Shown here: piece by piece, positions 9,895-21,539 of the stretch
Layout of the letters: every line of letters starts with the position of its first letter
Position numbering within the stretch: position 1 is the stretch's first letter
Source: Octopus sinensis
Taxonomy: Eukaryota
Assembly: GCF_006345805.1 (NCBI RefSeq)
Contig: NW_021832324.1
Location: 1-31,427 of the forward strand
Reading direction: 5' to 3'
Length of the DNA: 31,427 nucleotides
The notes under the pieces: generated by a model
The model's input: only the letters and a program-made list of their open reading frames with translations
What the model was told of the DNA's origin: nothing
Database searches by the model: none
Translations under genes and position numbers: made by a program

Positions 9895-10310
9895 CATCAT
9901 CATCATTGTCATCTTTTAACATCTATTCTCCATGCTGGCATAGGTTGGACAGTTTAACTGGAGCTGGTAAGTCAGAGCTGCACCAAGTTCCAGTCTAATT
10001 TGGATTGGTTTCTGCAACTGGATGCCCTTCCTAACACCAACCACTTTACAATGTGTTCTAGCTGCTTTTAATGTGGCACCAGCACAAGAGATTGACTCAT
10101 GTAAAATAGATATCATTATCATCGTATGCCCATTTTCCCTGCTGGTATGGGTTGGACGGTTGCGCAGGATCTGGTGGGCCTCAGGACTGCATCAAGCTCC
10201 AGTGTCAGCTTTGGCATGGTTTCTATGGTTGCATGACCTTTTTAATGCCAACCACTTTACAGAGTGTACCGGGTACTTTATTAGTGCCATCAGCACTAGT
10301 GAGGTCACCA
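9895..10310 (-). mobile_element. Two degenerate family C-related retroposon copies
   Basis: (CAT)n..ccatgctggcat.ggttggac, ctggatgcccttcctaa and gccaaccactttaca blocks occur twice. Confidence 0.7.
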
Positions 10311-10961
10311 AGTAACTTGCATGATGAGAAAAGAACTGGGGAAAGGGAAAGGAAAAGCCCACCCCTTGACTAAGTAGGGGGGAGTATTTGAGGGAGAGGT
10401 GGTTTTGTGCTAGGTGTTGAGTGGTTAAAGTATGACAGAGGGTCAAGCACAGGTATTTAGCTATAGAGGAGATACATGCCTACCCTGCATTATATGAGGA
10501 TGGGTGAGAATAGCTGGAAAGGAGGTGTGTACAAGAGAAGATACAGAGAGAGGCTCAGGATGGGGATAAATGATAGTTTCATAAGACTGAGAGGGGAGAG
10601 TAATGGAGGGTTAGAGATGGGGTGGAGGTGAATGTTGAGTGGTGAACAAGGGTGATGCTGCAGTTGGTGGAAAGAATCTGTATGGAGAGGGGATAAGGTG
10701 GGAGAGATAGAAGTGGCTCCAGTAAGAGAATAGATCAGGATGTAGAGGGATGATGTACAAGGTGTAGGGGTGGTGGAGGAGGGAGAGAGAGAAATGTAGA
10801 AGTACATAAGAGTGGCTTTAGTAGTAGGTGGGGCATGATGGCTGATATGAGAGGTGTTTAGACAGAGTATGGCAGAGGAGAGAGTATGATGGTTGAAAGC
10901 ACAGAAAGGCGATCAGTGGAAAGAGTGTAGGAAAGGATGATATATGTGTGTGTGTTTAAAG

Positions 10962-11189
10962 CACTGGTTCTCAACCATTTTTTTTTTTGGCTATGGACTT
11001 GTTAATTATTTTACTCAGGGACAAGGAATGACCCGCATAGCTGTGTCAATGTCTAAAAATTCCTATTATATTTTTATGCTTAAATATTATTAGGAATTAT
11101 ATAAAAAAAGTGTTTTAAGTATTTGATGTATTGTAGAAAAATAACCAGTTTATTGCATCATATGGACTCTGATTGAAAAAACCCCACTG
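10962..11189. mobile_element. hAT (Charlie-like) MITE, same family as 18959-19221 in opposite orientation
   Basis: Left TIR cactggttctcaa, degenerate right TIR ending ccactg; TSD gtttaaag / gtgtaaag; internal similarity to the reverse complement of 18959-19221. Confidence 0.75.
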
Positions 11190-11270
11190 GTGTAAAGCAT
11201 CATGAAGCCGCCACTCATGAGCAAGTATAGCTCAATGACATGTACCTTACTTTCTGTGAATGCTTTAGCT

Positions 11271-11764
11271 TAGAGGTTCTCAAACTTTTTGGGCCACTGA
11301 CCCCCTCATGGCCACATTATACCCTCGGTGCTCCCTCTCCTATTTTTATGTAAAAATACATATGAGGGATGACCACTAAGTAGACATCCATTGTGCTCAA
11401 CGTCAACCCCCTATGGTCTTACCACTAAGAGAGGAATGTTCTCAAGAAAATTTAGCAAATGCCAGATTCAAATATTCAATTTTTCACCCAAATTATTTTC
11501 AATTTAAATTTATGTATAAATAAATATTTTATATTTTACTATTTTATATATACTATGAATCATTTGATATTTAATATAATATTATATAATTTGTATACAA
11601 TACTATAATAATATAGTAAATTCATGGCATCCCCCAATCCACTGCTTTCCTCCCAGTGCCTCCTTTTTCCTACCCCACTCCCCTGACACCTTAGACACCA
11701 GTGCCCACCTGGAGTCTCTCAACGCCTACCTGAGGCACAGTAGAGTCCGCTTTGAGAACCTGTG
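11271..11764. mobile_element. hAT (Charlie-like) MITE
   Basis: TIRs tagaggttctcaaa / tttgagaacctgtg; TSD ctttagct / ctttaggt. Confidence 0.75.
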
Positions 11765-12274
11765 CTTTAGGTGCAGATGTAGACACTCTTTCAGTCCTCT
11801 TCACCTTTGACTCAACAGAACATTCAGAATGTGACAGCTGGAGATGGGGTGGGAGTCAAGAGTTTGGTTGTGGTTTGCCTTTAATTGATGCCCACTAACA
11901 AAGAAAGATAGGTAGGTATGGACCAGGTTATAAATGAAACAGAAGATTCCATCCTTATATGATATAATCATAGTGTGGAGTAAATAAGTTTCTTTTTTAT
12001 TTTTAATGACTGACAAGTGTTTGTTTATTTATTTTCTTAATTAACTTCTACTTCTGGAAGATGCTGTTTTCAATCCTGTCTGTGATGTTATTGCAGACTA
12101 GTTTTTCTCTTTCACAAGACATTAACGAGATTAGTGAGGTTTTTGTTGTGTTTTTTTAATTAATATTTCCAAATATAGCCATCCACATAGGTGGATACCT
12201 TTCCTTTTCTTGAAAGTTTGCTTTTTTCTTATTCATTTCTTTTTTTTTTTAATATATACTCTGATCTTTCAAAA

Positions 12275-12456
12275 TCATCATCATTTGACATCTGTATACT
12301 ATGTTGGCATGGGTCGGACAGTTTGACAGGAGCTGGCAAGCCTTAGAGCTGCACCAAGCTCCAATTGTCTTTTTAACAAAGTTCCTACAGCTAGATGCCC
12401 TTCCTAATGCCAACCACTTCATAGAATATACTGAGGGCTTTTTATAGGGCACCAGC
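12275..12456 (-). mobile_element. Degenerate family C-related retroposon
   Basis: catcatttgacat..ggcatgggtcggacag..gatgcccttcctaatgccaaccac. Confidence 0.7.
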
Positions 12457-12758
12457 AATGTAAAACTATTTAAGATGTAATATATTTCATTTTAATTAAA
12501 AAAATTAAACGAATATATTTGGATTTTTAAAAAATTATTTTGCTAGTGGTTGAGTGGTTTTGGCATTGAACTATAAATTAGCAAAAACTCATTTTAAGTA
12601 AGTTTTTCAATGGCATTGTATTGTTCATGCAACTTTCCAAATATACAAAATCATTTGAACTATACTAATTGCGTGCGCGTAGTGGTGATGGTGGTGGTAA
12701 GTAAATGCTTGGATAATGTGAAGTTGCTGGACTACTAATTGTAGTAATAATAATCTAA

Positions 12759-12992
12759 GGCGGTGAGCTGGCAAAAACATTACTGCACCGGGCGAAATGC
12801 TTAGTGGTATTTCATCTGCCATTACGTTCTGAGTTCAAATTCCGCTGAGGTTGACTTTGCCTTTCATCCTTTTGGGGTCGATAACTAAAGTACCAATCAC
12901 ACACTGGGGGTTGATGTAATCGACTTAATCCCTTTGTCTGTCCTTGTTTGTCCCCTCTATGTTTAGCCCCTTGTGGGCAATAAAGAAATAAG
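12759..12992 (+). mobile_element. SINE family B, full-length copy
   Basis: ggcggtgagctggca head, B-box GAGTTCAAATTCC, gcctttcatccttttggggtcgata central block, tail gccccttgtgggcaataaagaaata. Confidence 0.88.
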
Positions 12993-13212
12993 TAATAATA
13001 ATCCTTTCTACTATAGGCACACAACCTGACATTTTGAGGGGAAGAGACTAGTTGATTACACTGATCCAAGTGCTCGACTGGTACTTTATCAATCCCAAAA
13101 GGATGAAAGGCAAAGTTGATCTTGGTGGTATTTGAACTCAAAACGGAGCCAAAAGAAACTCCACTAAGCACTTTGTCTAGCATGCTACTAATTCTGCCAG
13201 TTCATTGTCTTA
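12993..13212 (-). mobile_element. SINE family B (alternative tail), tail-to-tail with the previous copy
   Basis: (aat)n cctttctactataggcac..aaaggatgaaaggcaaagttga..tctgccag. Confidence 0.82.
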
Positions 13213-13446
13213 CTAAGTATAATGATAATGATCTTATTGTATACAGTGCCCAGTTGCATTACAACTTGTCGAAAGAGGTTAAATAAAAGGAGACAAAAAG
13301 CAGGCATAAAAGTCGAGTAAAGAAAGTCAGCCATGAAGGCTATAAATATGTACACTGAATAAAATACAATACCTTATATAATCATAAGTTCAAATTGCAA
13401 CAATAACTATCAGATCCCCTTAAAAAAGCAAAGAAAATTATTAATA

Positions 13447-13835
13447 GGCGCAGGAGTGGCTGTGTGGTAAGTAGCTTGCTTACCAACCACATGGTTCCGG
13501 GTTCATTCCCACTGCGTGGCTCCTTGGGCAAGTGTCTTCTACTATAGCCTCAGACCGACCAAAGCCGTATGAGTGGATTTGGTAGACAGAAACTGAAAGA
13601 AGCTTGTCGTATATATGTATATCTATCTATCTATCTATATATATATGTATGTTTGTGTGTCTGTGTTTGTCCCCACAACATCGCTTGACAACCAATGGTG
13701 GTGTGTTTACGTCCTCGTAACTTTGCAGTTCGGCAAAAGATATAGATAGAATAAGTCCTGGGGTCGATTTGTTCAACTAAAGGCGGTACTCCAGCATGGC
13801 CGCAGTTAAATGACTGAAACAAGTAAAAGAGTAAA
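13447..13835 (+). mobile_element. tRNA-derived SINE family A, full length (CORE-like body, LINE-derived tail)
   Basis: A-box TGGCTGTGTGG, B-box GGTTCATTCCC, CORE-like ccttgggcaagtg, internal microsatellite, tail ggcggtactccagcatggcc..ctgaaacaagtaaaagagtaaa. Confidence 0.9.
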
Positions 13836-14079
13836 TTACACTTGTTAACCATTCTCTCTCTCTCAGGCACATGTGTACCCAAATTTAGTGTTTCATTAAT
13901 TTTCTGAGTTTCATGTCTGGTCTATAAAAAATTATTTACCTCACTAGTAGTTGTGGTGCAACAATTTCCACTAGGTCTGTCCCTCTACTATATGAATATA
14001 GGTAAATGAATGTAAAATCACTTTTCTTTTTTCTTTATAAATGTTTTGTGCTGAAATTTTTTTTTTCTTTTAATTTCAG

Positions 14080-15317
14080 TGAAGAACTTTTTAACAGAGC
14101 AAAGACTAATAGAAATAATTAAGGAGTGTAAAAAAGATGGCAACTGGTCAAAGCTGATTCATATTATTGGTGCAGTATTTAATAATCCGGATGCAATTAT
14201 TCTGAGTTTCCGTCGCAAAGATGACGTTTCATTATCAAAGGAAACTCACAGAGCAATGCAGTTGGATTTAGACAAAGATATGGACGAACAAGAAAATGAA
14301 AATGAACCTTGCCGTTCAGCTAAAAGTGATAGTGTTATGGAAAGTACTGTGATGGACTCTGAAAGTTTAGAGTATGTAACAGTGGACATACCTTCAGTAC
14401 GAAGGGCATTTAAAGCTCTGATGGAAATACCAGAGCTCCCATTTCAATGTTCCTTAATACAAGCCATTTGTTCATTATCTAAGAACCTGGATGTGGAATT
14501 AAGGTACCGCAAGCCAATAGAAAAAGACCCAAATTACATAAATATTTTTATAATTATCATGGAGATCCCATTTTTATACGAGCCTGAGTTTATCGACAGT
14601 GCTTTCCCTGATTTCTGCAACACGATCGGACAGTTACCTTTACAAAGCCAAGTTAAGCTGGCTCATGTATGGTCCAAATATCCTGCACAACAGCTGAAGA
14701 ACATGGTGTGTTCTCTTCATCAGTTGATTACTGTGCGTGTGATGAAAGGAGAAGTGCAGTGGGGACGGGGGTGCCCAGTCAATGATGACAATGGCATCAG
14801 TGGAGCAGCTCGAGTTATGAAGATTCTCTACTATGCTAGCATGCTTGGTGGTATTTACGATTCAAAACAGTTGATCGATGAAGAGAAAAAACTGAATGAT
14901 GCTGATGTGAACCTCCATGAATTAGTAGGTGCCGTGGCTGCAGAACCGAAAGATCAAAGGAAACCAATCGAGGATCCTTTAGGCAAGGAACTTGGTATTT
15001 CTCCTATACACTGCCGAACGCCGCTAGTTCCCTTTGAGGATTTTGTGAATGATCTTTTAAATGAATATTTGGACGTTGGCACGGATTTTTCCTACTACAA
15101 ATCAGAATCTAGTAACAGCAAGTTTTCTTTTGTGAACCACAGTTTTCTCTTGACAACTTGTTCTAAGCACACTGTAATGTACTTTGACAATCGTATTCAT
15201 ATGCTTAATGAAAGGAGGACTTCTTTGATACAAACTTTAGTTCATGGTGCACCAACCATGCCATATCTGCGACTAAAAGTTCGACGAGAACGTCTCATTG
15301 AAGACGCCCTTGTTGCG
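14080..15317 (+). CDS. UBE3A: UBE3A large central coding exon (1238 bp)
   Basis: Polypyrimidine tract and tttcAG at 14078-14079. Phase 1 matches the previous exon (G|TG = Val). Contains DPNYINIFIIIME, DPLGKELG..CRTPLVPFEDFVN and PYLRLKVRR..IEDALV. Donor GTaagt at 15318, phase 0. Confidence 0.96.
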
Positions 15318-15531
15318 GTAAGTATCAGTGGTTTGTTTTTTTCTTCCTCTTTTGAAAGTCTCATATTATATATAATTTGTGTGGATAAGTTGCATTATTC
15401 CATCATACATAATGTTTCCTTGCAATCAACTTTACAGTGAACAGTACTCCTCACTAAGTCTAAAATAGAGAAGTGTTGGATGCCTTCAATTGGTCATATT
15501 TTAGAGGCCTATGAAGTTGGTTCTGTCTTAA

Positions 15532-15743
15532 CCCTTTTAACATTTCAACTGGCCCAATTATTCTACTTGTTTTATGTTCAGATCAGCCAGATCCTGCCTC
15601 TCACAATTACCCCACAATGTCATTCTAAAAATAAACAATCAGATCTTCGCAAGTTTGAAGCTATGAGGCAATGCATGATTAATTGAAAAACAATGTGAAT
15701 AAATAAGCAATGTATTTGACAGAATAGTCTGAATGCTAAAGAG
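15532..15743. mobile_element. piggyBac-type MITE, inverted relative to 5342-5558
   Basis: ttaa|cccttttaacatt..caatgtcattctaaaaataaacaatc..tctgaatgctaaagag. Confidence 0.78.
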
Positions 15744-16426
15744 CAGCAGGAATTTTGGCATAAGCTGGCAAGAAACTATAATTACTCACATACAGTTGTA
15801 ACAAATTCTATACATTTTTAACATGGGTGTGTGTTGAGAGCCTTCATGTATTTTTATACATGAAAAAAAAATCTATTCAAGTTTATCATCCACTCCATTT
15901 CTTCTGTATTTGTTCAGCTAACTGTGTGTGTGTGTGTGTATATGCATGTCTGTCATTTAACATCTGTATTCCATGCTGACATGGGTTGGTTAGTTTGATA
16001 TGAGCTGACCAGCTGGAGAGCTTCCTAGGTTTCAGTTGTCTGTTTTGGCATGGTTTCTATGGCTGGATGTCTTTGGTGCTTCTTACATGGTGCTGGCATG
16101 ACTGCTTTTTACAGTGGATAATTTATATAGTAGAAAATGCTATTAATAGTAATATTGTAGAATATTGAATTCAAAAAATCCCTTGAAAGGAACGTCGAAT
16201 ACTGCCTGTAGGATAGTAGCCCACACCTATAACCATGAGACATTCTGGTATTGTGCTTTCACATTTTTCCATCCAAAAGATTTTTTTCAACCCAATGTTC
16301 TACATGTTATTATTTATAGCTTTATTTACTAAATAGTTGTGTAGGGGAAAATAAGTTTAATCCTTTATAGATAAAATGATTTATTTTGTCCTCTCAGCTT
16401 TTCTAAATTCTAATGATGTAAACTAT

Positions 16427-16740
16427 ATCATCATCGTTTGACGTCCGTTTTCCGTGCTAGCATGGGTTGGATGGTTCGACCGGAGTCTGGGAAGCCAGGA
16501 GGCTACACCAGGCTCCAGTCTGATCTGGCAGTGTTTCTACAGCTGGATGCCCTTCCTAATGCCAACCACTCCATGACTGTAGTGGGTGCTTTTTACATGC
16601 CACTGGCACAGGTACAAGGGGAGGCTGGCAGCGGCCACGATCGGTTGGTGCTTTTTACATGCCACCAGCACAGAAGCCAGTCAAGGCGGCACTGGCATCG
16701 GCCACGTTCGGATGGTGCTTTTTACATGCCACCGGCATAG
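16427..16740 (-). mobile_element. Young retroposon family C
   Basis: Reverse complement of 1007-1324, with three ggtgctttttacatgccac subunits. Confidence 0.87.
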
Positions 16741-16779
16741 GTATCACAACTACTATTTCCATTTGATATTTATTTTGAT

Positions 16780-16782
<3 letters not shown>

Positions 16783-16813
<31 letters not shown>
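16783..16813. repeat. (TA)n microsatellite
   Basis: Uninterrupted TA run. Similar TA/TG tracts occur at about 510-540, 17044-17069 and 27896-27922. Confidence 0.95.
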
Positions 16814-16817
<4 letters not shown>

Positions 16818-17863
16818 TTTGTATGTGCGTGTTTCTTGTGATGATTATCACATATGTAGATGTATAACTTCGTACTTTTGAGAAAGCTCTGAGTATTGAA
16901 ATATTTGTATAAATTGTAAAGTATTTATTATATATATATCAATATACACTCTGTCTTCCCTTTTGCATTGTCTTTTTATCTTCTTAGTTTCAGTCTTTAT
17001 GAATTTAACTTGTGAATTACAGATCAGTATGTGTTTGTTTGTTTGTGTGTGTGTGTGTGTGTGTGTGTGAAAACAAGGTAAACCTAATTGCATAGCAACA
17101 CCTTCAGTTAACGCAAGTTAAAGAATAGGAACCATGGTTTGTGGAAAAGTTACTCGTGATAGGTTTCCTATCCAGTAGAAAAGTTGCTTTTCATTTACTT
17201 AATACTACAGAAACAGTGGTCATGTGAACCCTTCTGGTTTAACAGTTAAGGCTATGGATGAATCAAATGGATCAAAAGTCCCTCCCAAGCCCTAAGCTCA
17301 TAGGGCCAGTTTCCTAGATTCTGAAGCATGTATATTCCCCCCAACTGAACAGGACACCAACCTATCACAGAATTTGCTTATTGTCACCAGATGAGTGGAC
17401 ATGGTGTTTAGGCTAAGGATGAATCCTTGTAATGAATTGTGGATTTATGTATTTTCTTTTGCAGCTGTTTTCAAGAATTTGTGACCTTTATCTAAAAATG
17501 CTTTGAAAATATTTCATTTTAAGAATGTAATAATATTTGCAGTTGTATTTTATGAATATATTGCTGAGGATATATATAGAAAGATGAATTTTGAGAAAAA
17601 TATTGTTAGAGTTCAAGATGGGTTTGACATTGTATTTAGTATTTGAATTAGAACTTACGTTGTTGTGTAAATTGCATTGATGACAAATTGAAGGGTTTCT
17701 TTTTACTACTCCAATACCCACCAGCTTTTTATTTTTGTTCACGGTCTTTGTACTCTTTGTGTGTATGTGTAAATGTATGTTTATAATGTAAAGAATCACG
17801 GTGACTTCAAAGTTTCAGCCTACAAAGCATTGGTCGGCCTGGAGCTTCAATAGAAGAAATTCT

Positions 17864-18579
17864 GGATCTTTTCCTTTTGAACGGCAGACAATTTCTAGTT
17901 AACTAAATACTTTAAAACTTCATATACTGGTAGAATGTGTCAAAATAAAACATTTTTTTTCTCTTGGCTTTCTTGAGAAAATTGTAATTTGTTTGTTTAA
18001 CGTAGTTTAATTTTTCGAATTTTAACCAATCCTATGCTCTCTTTTGAGCTAAAATCATTTGCTGCGTCTAAAACTCCCCTAACCCTAATTTTTTTTTCTT
18101 AATTGCTAAATTAATTTGTTACGCGTGTAAAAAAAAATGAAAGCAATGGAAAATAATTTAAACAATTAACAAACAAAATAATTCTATAATTTTATACACA
18201 CTCTTTCCGTATGTATATTGAAAGCGTGTGTATAAAATTATAGAATTATTTTGTTTGTTAATTGTTTAAATTATTTTCCATTGCTTTTGTTTTTTTTTAC
18301 ATGCATAACAATTAAGAAAAAAAAAAATTAGGGTTAGGGGAGGTGTTGTCTCAGTTTTAGATGCAGCAAATGATTTTAGTTCAATGGAGGTAATCGATTG
18401 GTTAAAATTGCCGAAATGCTCGGATTTTCAGACAAAATATCTTACAAACTATAGAATTTTCTCAATAAAACCAAGAGAAAATGATGTTTTATAAACACAT
18501 TCTACCAGTATACGAAGTTTAAAACTTTTTAGTTACCTAGAAATTATGTTACAAACTGCCGTTCAAAAGGAAAAGATCC
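17864..18579. mobile_element. Foldback (palindromic) non-autonomous DNA transposon, 716 bp, inserted in a family A SINE
   Basis: Perfect 24-bp terminal inverted repeat GGATCTTTTCCTTTTGAACGGCAG; arms are imperfectly complementary along most of their length; TSD gaaattct / aaaattct. The flanks rejoin as a minus-strand SINE A (about 17820-18670). Confidence 0.9.
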
Positions 18580-18958
18580 AAAATTCTTTCCTAAGGTGTC
18601 ACATGGTGAGATAGAATTTAACACCATCTGGTTACAAAGTAGACTCCATATCCGCACAGCCATGGCTGCATTTTGTTGAACTTATTTAAAATAACATATT
18701 AATCTTTTAATGTTGTTGCTGTTGACATTTGGAAACAGAAAGTGTGTAGTTTGGGAGCAAGGAGGAGGATTTTAAGGGAAAAAAAAAGCCCAACCCAGAT
18801 TACACACAAATAGACCCTGGAAATCTCAGGAAAAGGAACTCGCTTCAGAGAAGTCTCAAATTCATTGTTATCTAAAGGAAAAATGAGGACGTAAAGAGAT
18901 CTGCTGAGGGGGCTAAAAGATGCCAAATACTATTTGTTGAGAAGATAAAAGTCTAGTG

Positions 18959-19221
18959 CAGTGGTTCTCAATCAGGGTCCATATGATCATTGGTGTGTGT
19001 GTGGTGGGGTTTCCATATAAGATTTTGTTGGAAATTGTTTTTTGGTTATATTTCTACAATACACAAAGTATTTTAACAATTTTTTTCTATAGAATTCTTA
19101 ATATTTAATCATAAAAAAAATAATAGGGGTTTTTAGACATCAAATGGCTATAAGGGTCTCTTGCCCCTAGTAAAGCAGGAATCAAAGGGGTCTGTAGGTA
19201 AAAAATGGTTGAGAACCACTG
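18959..19221. mobile_element. hAT (Charlie-like) MITE
   Basis: Perfect 13-bp TIR CAGTGGTTCTCAA / TTGAGAACCACTG; TSD gtctagtg / gtccagtg, resembling the Charlie NTCTAGAN target. Confidence 0.88.
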
Positions 19222-19590
19222 GTCCAGTGTATCTAACCACAAATTGATTGATTGGCTGTTGGTTAAAAAAAAGAATTCACATCTAATAAAAATGGTGTAT
19301 TAATTACTATAGGAGCACTAACAGGAAGAAGGGGCAGGGGACTTCATGGTTAAGCTAAGATTAGTGATACTTGTCATTTTCAAAGATGCCAGTTTGCTAT
19401 GGGTGACTTGATTCTACTTAAGTGGTGATTTCACACCCCTTTGTGAGTGGCTGGCCCTTTTTTGTATCATGTTTTTGCTTTCTTCCTTCTCATGCATATA
19501 TACATATAGTTGATTTGAAGTCACCAGTGGAACTGTAAGAGATTTGTAAAACTTTCCAGAAGTTGAGCATTTAAGTATATATACATGTGT

Positions 19591-19880
19591 GGAGGTGCAA
19601 TGGCCCAGTGGTTAGGGCAGCGGACTTGCGGTTTTGATTCCCAAACTGGGCATTGTGAGTGTTTATTGAGCGAAAACACCTAAAGCTCCACGAGGCTCCG
19701 GCAGGGGCGGGGTGTGTGATCCCTGCTGTACTCTTTCACAGTAACTTTCTCTCACTCTTTCTTCTGTTGGCCTGCTCGCTTAGCCAGCGAGGTGGCGTCA
19801 TTTGAAGGCTAAAACGATGCAAAGTGCATTGCGACCAGCAATGTGTAGCAACATCTGATAGCCTGGTCGGTCACGATGAT
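19591..19880 (+). mobile_element. tRNA-derived SINE family D (single copy in window)
   Basis: GC-rich island with A-box TGGCCCAGTGGTTAGGGC and degenerate B-box GGTTTTGATTCCC; the anticodon arm is shortened, so it is not a tRNA. Confidence 0.7.
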
Positions 19881-20529
19881 ATATATGCATGTCTAGACTT
19901 GCAACTATGTGCATGAGAATACATACATAAAACATACAAATCTGCACATGAACTGACTCCAAACACTGCACATATAAACACATACATGCACAAATGCCTT
20001 ATTGATTGTTGTTGAAATTCCAATGAAGGAAACTTGGATCTAGGTTAGAAACCAGCTCTTCTCTATTAGCAAGAAGTCCTGAAATAAAAACTGAATGCAC
20101 AAACACACACACACATACCATCATCACCATCATTTAACATCCATGTTCCTCTACATGGGGATTTAGAGATCTGAGCTGCCTATTCAGTCAGCACACCTGC
20201 TAATACCATCTTAACAGAAGGTGTATGTATAAAGCTCTTCCCTCTGGTCTTAACAGCTTAATATACTAGAACTTTCCAACTGTAAATTGTATTGTTTGTT
20301 TCTTTTATTTTTGTCTAATGAGATAAACATGGATTATATGCAATATGTTGTAATATTACACTATCATTCATATTTATATTCATGATGTATTGTTGAAATG
20401 ATCATAATGAAGCAATAAATGTAACACCATAACATATATATATATATATATATTGTCCTTGACATTTTCCAATCCCAGTTGTATGACACATTTCTTATTA
20501 TATGTTTGGGCCCTTGTACCAATAAAGAG

Positions 20530-21235
20530 AAGATGAAAATGGCAAGCTGGTAAAATTGTTAAAATGCTCAAAATGCTTTGCAATATTTCTCTTGGCTCTT
20601 TACATTTCAATTGAGGGAGACTTTGCCTTCTGTCCCTCTGGGGTTAATGCAATCAACTTGTCTCTCCTTCTCTCAAAATTTCTGGCCTTGTGCTTACAGT
20701 TGAAATAGTATGGTGGTGAGCTGGCAAAATTGCTAACACACTGGATGAAAATGCTTAGTGGTATTTCACCCGTTACTATGTTCTGAGTTCAAATTCTGCC
20801 GAGGTTAACTTTGCCTTTCATCCTTTCGGGATCGATAAATTAAGTACTCCTCCCCAAAATTTCAGGCCTTGTGCCTCTAGTAAAAAGAATTATTATTATC
20901 ATCATTATTATAATTCCACCAAAGTCAACTTTGCTGTTCATCCTTTTGGGGTCAATATAATTGACTAGTACCATCCCCCAAAATTTAAGGCTTTGTGCCT
21001 TTAGCAGAAAGGATTATTTAAGGAAGCAAGCGAGTAGAACTGTTACAGCACCAGGAAAAATAGTTAGCTGCATTTCATTTGGCTTTGCTTTCTGAGTTGA
21101 AATTCTGCTGAGGTCAGCTTTACCTTTCATCCTCTATAGAATAAAATACCAGTTGAGCACTGGGGTCAGTGTAATTGATTATCCCTCTTCCCAAAAATTG
21201 CTGGCCTTTTGCCAAAATTTAAAATCATTACTATT
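20530..21235 (+). mobile_element. Cluster of about four SINE family B copies/fragments
   Basis: Repeated ctttgcctttcatcctt and ccccaaaattt..ggccttgtgc blocks with (ATT)n spacers. Confidence 0.82.
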
Positions 21236-21539
21236 ATCAGCAGAAAAACCGCCCGGGGGGCAATTTTCTGCTGGCTTATGTGTTGTGTATATTGATATTA
21301 TATATACATATAGATATGATACATAAATTATAGAGTAAATTGACAATATGCTCATGAATTGAACAAAGATTCTGTTATAGTTTATTCTGTAATCAGTAAA
21401 ATAATACATGATACATTTAAAAATGACAATAATGAAAATTGGAAAAGAGATGACACTGTCAAGGGAAATTGTTCATGAATCTCCACTAGAGTGAATTTGA
21501 AAATATAAGCTCTGGTTGAAATTAATGAATTACATTTAC

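Noticed and set aside
10490-10807. 105-aa Pro/Ser/Leu-rich minus-strand ORF
   Set aside because: A by-product of the pyrimidine-rich strand lacking stop codons; no coding signature.
14079-15440. 453-aa ORF as a standalone gene
   Set aside because: The GTG start overlaps the splice acceptor, and sequence after 15317 is intron read-through past a GTAAGT donor.
18076-18089. Interstitial telomere
   Set aside because: Only two units, mirrored in both arms of the foldback element, so it is part of the transposon.
19591-19660. Possible tRNA gene
   Set aside because: A/B boxes are present, but the cloverleaf is incomplete and the sequence runs on into a SINE body.
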